From a virus, in the IMG/VR virus record IMGVR_UViG_3300025141_016305, positions 32,001-96,000 of that record: a stretch of DNA of 64,000 nucleotides; one strand, given 5' to 3'. Below the pieces are notes generated by a model. It did no database searches. It was not told the DNA's origin and worked only from the letters and a program-made list of their open reading frames with translations. A program made the position numbers and the translations under genes. Position 1 is the stretch's first letter; each line of letters begins with the position of its first letter. Shown here in pieces: positions 56,461 through 64,000 of the stretch.

Positions 56461-59400
56461 TTAGCCACTACCTTCAGGCAAGCCCAAGTACCAGAAAGCG
56501 TTACATACTTGCGGGCCATAATAAAGGGTGTATGTCTCCGGCTTTATCGGTTCTTGTAGGTTTGAGTCGGCCGGGAAATCCTCTACTATAAAATTATTGG
56601 GCACCCTTGATAAAATTCCCTTCTTTTCATCTCTTATGTAGTAGGGATTATCAACATCATAAGAATAGACACCCCCATGTAACCTAGGTATGCCTTCATC
56701 TGTTGTTCTGTTTAATAACGACCCTGTGAATCCGGCGGTATAAATAGTTCCTAGGCTGCTCATAAAGTGCCATGTCGAAGAATCGGATGAGCCGCTTGTC
56801 GTCAGTGAAACTACTGGGTCACCCATAACACCTTTAAATTGATACAAATAATCAGTACCTGTAAGGTCAGCAATTTTTTCGGTGGCTGAACCTGAGCAAA
56901 TATGCGTATGGGCGACGTCGGCGAAACAGGCCATTTGGCAGGATTCGGTGAGAATCCATTCAGTTGCCAATATATTAGTGAGGCAATAATCACCAGTCGC
57001 GCCGGGAAAGGGGTTTCCACCTTCCGGAACAAACTGACTCTTTCCTTGGCCTGGGCCGACATCTCTTATTGGTAACATGGGATAATCAACTGCGAGGCCG
57101 GCCTTGATTGAGTTCATTAAAATGCCCGGGCCGAATATTAGTTTCATTGCCTGCTGCTTCGAGGCCCTTATTCTATGATCTAGCAAGTTATATCTTGCAT
57201 GATTTGGAAGGCCACCAGTGATATAACTGTTTGGTGCTGCAGAGTAAGACCCGCTCTTTAAGTAATTATCATGGAATATTTCACCCAATTGCATAATTCG
57301 CTCTGCCGGATAAAAGCCTCGATAGGGTAAAAACCTCTTAACTGCCTGGCACCTAAGTGTTAGTTTTGTCGGAACCATTCCTCCGGCATAAGGCTTATCA
57401 AACTTTTCCTGAACGTCTAAGCGCTCTGTTACTACTCCGAAATATTTCATAAAATCGGAGGTACCATAAGTCTTAAAAAATTGAGATCCAACTTGTATAT
57501 CACCCGAAGAATGTTGATGTATCGCTCCAGTCAGTGATAAAAAGTCATCTTTAATACAACTTATATCTGAAAAAGAGTCCAAATCGAAAAACTTTTCAAC
57601 ATACTCACTAATTCTGAATTCGGGAACAATGGAGTGATCTTGTCCCACTCTGCGCATCTCGTCTCTATACTCTTCATAAGAGTTGAAAAACGGCTTTGGC
57701 TTGTTATCTGCCGCGGACCAGATTGCCTCGCCGGCGAGGTACTCTTCTCCGGCCGTGCCGGCGTCCGCAGCTCGGATGTAAGCAGTTTGAGGTATCTTCC
57801 TGTTATAAACAATAGACGGAGGCGGGGTGCCATAAATTAAATTAAGTCCGCATGGCCAATTTCCAAAATCGTTTTGGAACATCCCTTGGCCGCGGCCACC
57901 TTGGCCGCCGCCTTTGTTAAGCGAACCTGCACTATCAGAGCGCTGATCCATCCGGTTTCTCATCCAAGTCTTTAGAGTGTAGCCTGAAGACGGGCCACGG
58001 AGACCCCAGCTGTGGATCTGGGCGATGCCCGTGTAATTTCCTCCCCAGGTATTTTGTATTTCTACAGGGTCCATCAAAGGTCCATCCAGTGGCCAGGAAC
58101 TCATTGTCATGGCAGTGAGACTAAGTGCTGTGTAATCGAGGTCGCCTAGGGAAATAGAGTCATCATGTATTTGTCTTGCATTGATGTATTGATACGAACC
58201 AAAAAAAGTATGTTGAAAATGATTTTTTTCATTTATTTCCGTATTAAGCATCCGTTCTGGCCAGATTTGGTGGCGGCCGGGGACGGAAATAGATTTTTTG
58301 TAAGTTTTTATTATTGGTAGCACCATTGGACTCATGTCCGCAAAGGTTCCACTAACTGTATATCTGTATTGCCAATAATCCGGCCTTTGAATCGTTGTAT
58401 GGCGGTAGGACGTGTTATCACTCCAACCTCCTATAACGTTATCATTGGTTGGGGTTTTGTGTTCTGGTGCTCTGGTATATGTTCTATCTGCTCTTACAGC
58501 TGTTGGGTACCCATGAAAAACAAAACCTTCTCTTGTTCTTGCATTCTTTGTGAACGTATTTTCTTCTCTTGGATATATCGTTTCGATATAATTAAGCTCT
58601 CTTAACTCTCTATCCTTATTCTGCGCGGTAGATTCTGGGAACCAAGTTTCATAAATAGCATCAAATCGATGGGGCTTGATTTCATCGACATTTAAATCTT
58701 TTATAATCTCTGGATTTGCATAAGTTGTTAGTTCATTCTGAAATGAAACCCTTAAGGATACTGAACCATGCATAACTTCTCTTATTGACTGTATTGAATC
58801 CACATCAAAAATAAAGTTTTCAGTTGCATCCCCCTCTTCAGAGAATCTCTCTTGCAAAAGACCCAACTCCTGAGAGGGATCAGTTGCAACGTTGTAATAA
58901 TATTCGTCAGCGTTCCACATCTGATGTTCGACAAGTTGACTTGTAGCATTGCCGCGAATCATCAAAGTTCCAAGCTCAGCAAAAGCAGAATCAGTTGGGC
59001 GCTTCATTCTATGTTTTGTCAGGGTTAATGGATTAAAGCGATTTGTTGCAAAAATATCTTTATAATTCTCAACCGTTCTTGCACTAGTCTTTGTGGTGAC
59101 CGGCACAGCACCTGTTTCAGAGCCAGTGCCATCCTTATTAGCATTTGGAACATTTATCTGCTCAGCAGGGTGGAATGAAAAGTGATAATCCATCAAGGAT
59201 GAAACGTTAAAGCTTGTCCCCCTACGAACAATTGAGAAAGTGTTATTCTTTCTGTGATGTCTCATCACTGGATGTGAGCCACCCCTTGTTTGTTTCCAAG
59301 AAGGCCAACCATATGGACCTTGACGATTAAGAATGATAGAATTTAAAACTAGGCCGGCGCCATCGCCCGACAGGCCTGCGAGGTCCTTGCCGGCCTGCGC

Positions 59401-62400
59401 GTGGCCAGAGCCTCCCAAAAAGGGGCCCGCGACTATCTCATCGTTTATATAATTGATCCAGCCGATGTGCGGCGATGAGCCCTGGGTGATAGTAAAACTT
59501 TCATGACCGAGAGAATTAGCTGATGAAGAAAGCGGTTCTCTAACTATTGTATTAAGACCAGCAAAATCAACGAACAAATGGCTGCGCCAGGAGGTGGGAG
59601 AAAATACTGATGGTGCATTCAAGCCATAAACCAAACCCAGCTGACCGGGATACTCTACAACGCCAAACTCAGATTGACTTAAAAATTGAATTGATTCTGC
59701 TGAACTAATTGTTTTATTACTTCTTGTAGTATCAGTGTTTAATTTTCTATTTTCAGCATGATGTGGTCCATACGTTGTCACATCTCCACCAATAAATTGA
59801 TGCCTAAAGCCGCCATTTCGCAGTAGAAAATATGACCCAGGATTAAGGTAGCTGGTGTCGGGATATATAACCTGTGAAGTTCTAATCCAACTGTAGCCCA
59901 AATCATAACTTGGTATTTCTCCTTGTACAAAACCGTTATACTTTGAGTACCTATCTAAAAAAGGATTACCAGCAATAGACTTATATGCAGAATGTACTCC
60001 AAAGGTGTCACCAAAAGTCGATGGTTTCGGAATTACTTCGCCGTTGGCATGCCGGGGGCGGTGGTCGATTACTGCATTACCCCGAGATCTTGCATAACCT
60101 CCAGTTGGGAGTAATGTATAAGTCTGAGCGAAAGGCTGGGCAGAATCATAATTTAAATCAGTTCGAACCCTAAGATTTCTGTAGTTCATTGTGCTATATA
60201 CGGAAAGCTCTCCTGATGCTTTATCATACTTGTATGAGTCTGCCCCTATGGCGCTACCAGATGGGTCGAAACTAGCTTCATGGGCAGAGAACCGATTTAC
60301 AATAACATGTTCGGTACGACCTCTATCTGGTAGGGCATAGTCTCTTTCAGGGTGATTTATAAACTGTGTTCTAACTGAAGATCCTGCAAAGAATTTACCT
60401 CCTGAAAAGCCCGTAATGGAATCAGTCCAAGCGCCGGTCCTTGAAAGCACAGTGTTGCCGTCTGGGCCGGCAGATGCTTGTGTTATGGTCAGAGTGCCAG
60501 TATTGACATTCCCCCCGTTTGTATGAACCACTGTCACTGTTGATCCGTGATTTGCATCGATGGCAGTCTTAAGATTATCTATCGATGCCCGGGCGTTGGC
60601 GCCTCTTGTCACTGTAATCTTTGGTGCCGAAGCAGAAACGCCTTCGTCCCGAAATTCATATGTCTTATCTACGCCTGTAGCGCTGATTATATTTACCTGG
60701 TTGCCAGAAGCGGGATTAGCATCGTATACAATCGTACCAACGGCTGCGAGTGGCTGAGCATTTGGCTGAGGTTGTTCTCTAGGTTCTCGTAAGTTTCTGG
60801 AAGTTCCGTACGGCTCTGTTCCAATAAAAGATCCTTCATTATCAATGAAATAATTGTTATTTGAGGCCCGGGCATTAGTTATGACAACTTCATAATCTTT
60901 GTTATAGTTGCCCAACAACAAAGAGCTAGTAGTATGTTTTATGTTTGCAATATTCATAAAACGCATACTTCCTAGATCTCGATGGAACATTGATTTAGGA
61001 GTGGAATTCATACCAGGAGATTTAACGGTTATTGAGCCGGCTGCCTCGACTATGTCATACCCCTCTGGCCGGTTTTGTTCCGGTGTGCCAAAGGGTACCC
61101 TTCTGTGGGGCATGCCTCCGACGTGAGCCCTAGTAAATGGACCCTGAAGGGCAGTTATGGAATCCTCATCATCATGGTTGTTTGTTATTGCTAGCTTTTC
61201 TTTAAAGTCGCTAAAGTCATTTCCTACAGAGGAACTATGCAAAGTAAAAGGTAGAATCAAATCTGCATCAGCGTCGAGATACCCATCTGTGTCGGAAGTA
61301 TCTGTTTTTGCTGTATATATCTTTTTCTTATTTGGGTCTAAAATATCATCGCACTTTTTAAAGTCATATATGTCGTTTGCGCTAATGCTAATTTCTTTCC
61401 CACTATTAATAACCTTATACAGGCCGTCAATTTTATTAGCTTTTCTGTTTGAACCTGGGATTAGAAAATCTTGTCTATCGACAGAGAATTTATACGGCTT
61501 TGTCAAACTTCGAAGCACATAAGTAGAACCCTCTACATCTTTTGTTATAATATTGTTTAATGTCTGGCGGCCTGCGGTGTTTTCTCTTTCTTTTCTTTCT
61601 TTCTGCCATAGGCAATTGTTAGCCTCATTGTCCGCCGAGTGGCCATGTTCCCAATCATATAAAAGCTCGTTAATGCCTAAGAATGGCGTTTCAGGCAAAG
61701 AAGGCTCTTTAAACTCAAGCGTTGGAGCTTTGTGTTGATACTTGTTTCTTTCTAGTGCGTGACTTTCTACAACGTTTTTTAAATCTGCCCTAAGATTGGA
61801 GCTAGCCGGTTGCAACTCGTACAACATTCTCCCTAGTGATGCATCAATCCATTTATAATAGTTAACAAACTGATCTAAATCAACGTCATTTTGAACTCTT
61901 GAAAAGAATTTTTCTTTTACCTTTTCAAGCATCTTGTAGTTTGGTCGATATTTATTAACAGGCTCACCAAGCATATTGTTAAAAGAAACTAAACCTGCTA
62001 CAAAATTGAGCATTTCTTTAGAAATAATTTGATACATGCTCTTCTCAAAAGCAAAATCATATGTTATTGGCCTACTGTCAGTTGTGAATTTATCAATTTC
62101 TTGATCTTTTATCTTAACCCTATCGCTAGTGTATGCATTATCAAGTTCCACATATTCCACACTTTGAAGATAATCTTGTACTATTGCAGTATTTTGATTG
62201 GTAAAGTTCTCAGAAATACCTGGATACTTATACCCTACAACTTCTCCATATTTTTCAACATCTCCCAAACTACCACTGGCAAAATCAACTATTGATAAAA
62301 CCGAAGAGCTGAATGCTGGGTTGTTGTCAAATTGCCAACTAAGTGCTAAAGTGTTAAGGTTTAATCTATTACTTCCAGTATTATGCGCATTTACAAGTTG

Positions 62401-64000
62401 AGGGTTTTCTCTTCCATAATTATTTACATTTAGAGCATGCTCTTTTATTTCATTGTGATTAAGCTTGTCCGTCCAAACATTTAAGAAAATGCCTCTTGTA
62501 TCTGCAGAATTAACAATGGCTCCAGTCAAATGGGTTCTCTCTGCTCCCATGTAGAAAGACTTGTTAAATTTAGACCAATACTCATATTCAGTTTGGTTTA
62601 TCGCAGAAGTTAAGTGAAAACTATTTCTCAACACATCTACATCATATTGCTTTCCTATGAATTCTACTTTGTATCCGTAATCATCTATTTCTCCAAATGG
62701 CACAGAACTATCTTTTGAAGCTATAACTGCAAAATTCCATCGAGAGTTATTATACACTTGTTGGTAATAACTGGAGGTGATTTCATGAAATTGGCCAAGA
62801 GAACTTGTTAATTTAAAGTAAGCTGTGTCGTCTTTGTTTGGATGTTTTATGGCTGACACATTGAAAGATAACTGATTTGAAAGATCTCCTCCTGTGTGTG
62901 TCGAAGGAGTTCCATCAGAGCCACTGTGCATACCAACACCAACCTGAGATGCGCCCCCGCCGACATTGTTGACTACAATGGCCTGATTTCCAGCTGCTCC
63001 ATTATTTTGGTTTTGAATATTGACGACTGTATTATCTAGTGTAGCATCGAAATTGGCCGGCAGGTTGTTTATTATTCTTTGTATTTGCGATGCGATTTCA
63101 GTATTTGTTAAATACCCCGTGTTCGATGGGCCGGCGAGTGAGGAACTTTGAGGGACGCCGCCCGGGGCAAAGATCCAATCTTGACTGTCAAAGCTGGCCG
63201 TCAGGACACGCTGTGTGGCTGCGGTGGCGATTTGAGGGCCGTTGCCGTTCCAATAGTGCTCCGGAGAGCTGTCACCGTCCTCACCACCATTAAGTCTCAA
63301 ACTCCCAGAAGCGAGCTGAGTCCAAGTGTCTTCTCCCGCGTATTGTGCGATGCGTACGCCCAGCGGCTGGCCAGTGCCGGCTCCCAAAGTGTTGTCGTCT
63401 GCTTTAACTTGCATCGTGCCCTGTACAATGCCCGCGTTCATAGGTGAGTAATAAGAAATACTGGCCGCTTCTGTAATGTTGTTCGCTCTCTGGTCTCCTG
63501 CTGCGTCCATGAGTTCAGTATTTTGTAACTTTATGTGCCCTCTTTGTGCAGCGTCCGTTATCGCCATGCCGACATTATAGAACCACTCGGTAATATGGCC
63601 GCCGGCGGCTGCAACTAAACTAAACTGAGAAGCCACAGAGTAGTCGTTATCCGAGTTTCTTCTAACTCTATTTTGGTAGGCAGTTTTTGTTCCTCCGCCA
63701 GAAGCAGTGATGCTTACGATGTTTGTCGAAAAAGAGCCGGTATCAACAAAATTAATCTTTAATATTTTTGTGTTTGCATCGAGGATCTGAATTTGGATTG
63801 GCTCAGACTTTCCAGATGACCAATGAGTCCTCCACATTCCATTGTATGTGCCAGAATCAGTACCTATCTGCAGCGGGTACAAGTAAAATTGAGCATAGCC
63901 GCCTGGAAATTCATGGTCGGAACCGTCGCCGCCAAAGTTGTTTCCTTTTTGAACTCTTGCATATACTGGTATGTTGTTCCAAGAAATATTATCGCCTCGA
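56461..64000 (-). CDS. Giant baseplate-wedge/tail structural protein (>2500 aa, 5' end beyond the window)
   Basis: Frame remains open from 63882 to the window edge (manually checked); contains a LamG-like segment (RWNFAV...FYMGA...VWTD.L), inserted beta domains and VVESHALERNKY. Confidence 0.7.
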   Translation of the reverse strand, partial: RGDNISWNNIPVYARVQKGNNFGGDGSDHEFPGGYAQFYLYPLQIGTDSGTYNGMWRTHWSSGKSEPIQIQILDANTKILKINFVDTGSFSTNIVSITASGGGTKTAYQNRVRRNSDNDYSVASQFSLVAAAGGHITEWFYNVGMAITDAAQRGHIKLQNTELMDAAGDQRANNITEAASISYYSPMNAGIVQGTMQVKADDNTLGAGTGQPLGVRIAQYAGEDTWTQLASGSLRLNGGEDGDSSPEHYWNGNGPQIATAATQRVLTASFDSQDWIFAPGGVPQSSSLAGPSNTGYLTNTEIASQIQRIINNLPANFDATLDNTVVNIQNQNNGAAGNQAIVVNNVGGGASQVGVGMHSGSDGTPSTHTGGDLSNQLSFNVSAIKHPNKDDTAYFKLTSSLGQFHEITSSYYQQVYNNSRWNFAVIASKDSSVPFGEIDDYGYKVEFIGKQYDVDVLRNSFHLTSAINQTEYEYWSKFNKSFYMGAERTHLTGAIVNSADTRGIFLNVWTDKLNHNEIKEHALNVNNYGRENPQLVNAHNTGSNRLNLNTLALSWQFDNNPAFSSSVLSIVDFASGSLGDVEKYGEVVGYKYPGISENFTNQNTAIVQDYLQSVEYVELDNAYTSDRVKIKDQEIDKFTTDSRPITYDFAFEKSMYQIISKEMLNFVAGLVSFNNMLGEPVNKYRPNYKMLEKVKEKFFSRVQNDVDLDQFVNYYKWIDASLGRMLYELQPASSNLRADLKNVVESHALERNKYQHKAPTLEFKEPSLPETPFLGINELLYDWEHGHSADNEANNCLWQKERKERENTAGRQTLNNIITKDVEGSTYVLRSLTKPYKFSVDRQDFLIPGSNRKANKIDGLYKVINSGKEISISANDIYDFKKCDDILDPNKKKIYTAKTDTSDTDGYLDADADLILPFTLHSSSVGNDFSDFKEKLAITNNHDDEDSITALQGPFTRAHVGGMPHRRVPFGTPEQNRPEGYDIVEAAGSITVKSPGMNSTPKSMFHRDLGSMRFMNIANIKHTTSSLLLGNYNKDYEVVITNARASNNNYFIDNEGSFIGTEPYGTSRNLREPREQPQPNAQPLAAVGTIVYDANPASGNQVNIISATGVDKTYEFRDEGVSASAPKITVTRGANARASIDNLKTAIDANHGSTVTVVHTNGGNVNTGTLTITQASAGPDGNTVLSRTGAWTDSITGFSGGKFFAGSSVRTQFINHPERDYALPDRGRTEHVIVNRFSAHEASFDPSGSAIGADSYKYDKASGELSVYSTMNYRNLRVRTDLNYDSAQPFAQTYTLLPTGGYARSRGNAVIDHRPRHANGEVIPKPSTFGDTFGVHSAYKSIAGNPFLDRYSKYNGFVQGEIPSYDLGYSWIRTSQVIYPDTSYLNPGSYFLLRNGGFRHQFIGGDVTTYGPHHAENRKLNTDTTRSNKTISSAESIQFLSQSEFGVVEYPGQLGLVYGLNAPSVFSPTSWRSHLFVDFAGLNTIVREPLSSSANSLGHESFTITQGSSPHIGWINYINDEIVAGPFLGGSGHAQAGKDLAGLSGDGAGLVLNSIILNRQGPYGWPSWKQTRGGSHPVMRHHRKNNTFSIVRRGTSFNVSSLMDYHFSFHPAEQINVPNANKDGTGSETGAVPVTTKTSARTVENYKDIFATNRFNPLTLTKHRMKRPTDSAFAELGTLMIRGNATSQLVEHQMWNADEYYYNVATDPSQELGLLQERFSEEGDATENFIFDVDSIQSIREVMHGSVSLRVSFQNELTTYANPEIIKDLNVDEIKPHRFDAIYETWFPESTAQNKDRELRELNYIETIYPREENTFTKNARTREGFVFHGYPTAVRADRTYTRAPEHKTPTNDNVIGGWSDNTSYRHTTIQRPDYWQYRYTVSGTFADMSPMVLPIIKTYKKSISVPGRHQIWPERMLNTEINEKNHFQHTFFGSYQYINARQIHDDSISLGDLDYTALSLTAMTMSSWPLDGPLMDPVEIQNTWGGNYTGIAQIHSWGLRGPSSGYTLKTWMRNRMDQRSDSAGSLNKGGGQGGRGQGMFQNDFGNWPCGLNLIYGTPPPSIVYNRKIPQTAYIRAADAGTAGEEYLAGEAIWSAADNKPKPFFNSYEEYRDEMRRVGQDHSIVPEFRISEYVEKFFDLDSFSDISCIKDDFLSLTGAIHQHSSGDIQVGSQFFKTYGTSDFMKYFGVVTERLDVQEKFDKPYAGGMVPTKLTLRCQAVKRFLPYRGFYPAERIMQLGEIFHDNYLKSGSYSAAPNSYITGGLPNHARYNLLDHRIRASKQQAMKLIFGPGILMNSIKAGLAVDYPMLPIRDVGPGQGKSQFVPEGGNPFPGATGDYCLTNILATEWILTESCQMACFADVAHTHICSGSATEKIADLTGTDYLYQFKGVMGDPVVSLTTSGSSDSSTWHFMSSLGTIYTAGFTGSLLNRTTDEGIPRLHGGVYSYDVDNPYYIRDEKKGILSRVPNNFIVEDFPADSNLQEPIKPETYTLYYGPQVCNAFWYLGLPEGSG

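Noticed and set aside
56408-56463. Stop read-through fusing the giant protein to the 723-aa protein
   Set aside because: The 53-nt gap puts the two ORFs out of frame, and the downstream gene has its own RBS.
1-64000. Stop-codon reassignment, as in some large phages
   Set aside because: Core genes are full length in the standard code, and TAA, TAG and TGA all end genes at sensible, often coupled, positions.
1-64000. tRNA genes, CRISPR arrays, integrase/transposase, introns or inteins
   Set aside because: Intergenic gaps are short, I saw no cloverleaf or repeat-spacer pattern, and terminase, primase and MCP are uninterrupted. A tRNAscan/Infernal run would be needed to exclude these fully.

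Overview
This 64 kb window is part of a large lytic tailed phage genome (myovirus with T4-like morphogenesis genes, probably a 'huge/jumbo'-type environmental phage). Essentially every credible gene is on the minus strand and reads in the standard code. In transcription order (right to left) it contains: a giant baseplate/tail structural block (64000-43415, first gene truncated); a J-domain protein, a RuvC-like resolvase and a DNA primase; a fused Mre11-Rad50 (SbcD-SbcC) nuclease; a holin/spanin-like trio; large terminase and portal; a prohead protease and a phage-encoded ribosomal protein bS21; scaffold and major capsid protein; neck and tail-terminator proteins; a fibre, tail sheath and tail tube; a SAM methyltransferase; tail chaperone, tape measure and baseplate genes; and finally a translationally coupled run of miniature family-A DNA polymerase, tubulin/FtsZ-like protein and a Type II restriction-modification pair, followed by a gp32-like SSB (truncated, missed by the ORF track). 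The most notable observations are: the mini-PolA/tubulin/R-M operon; a candidate +1 frameshift in the tail chaperone; bS21 in a phage that uses strong Shine-Dalgarno sites; a recurrent ACTA(T/G/A)TTA(T/A) late-promoter-like motif; an unannotated 21-aa Cys-Cys peptide coupled to a CxxC membrane protein; and an apparent enrichment of [S/T]-[G/A/S]-S tripeptides in virion proteins. All family calls come from motif recognition by eye; no database search was run.
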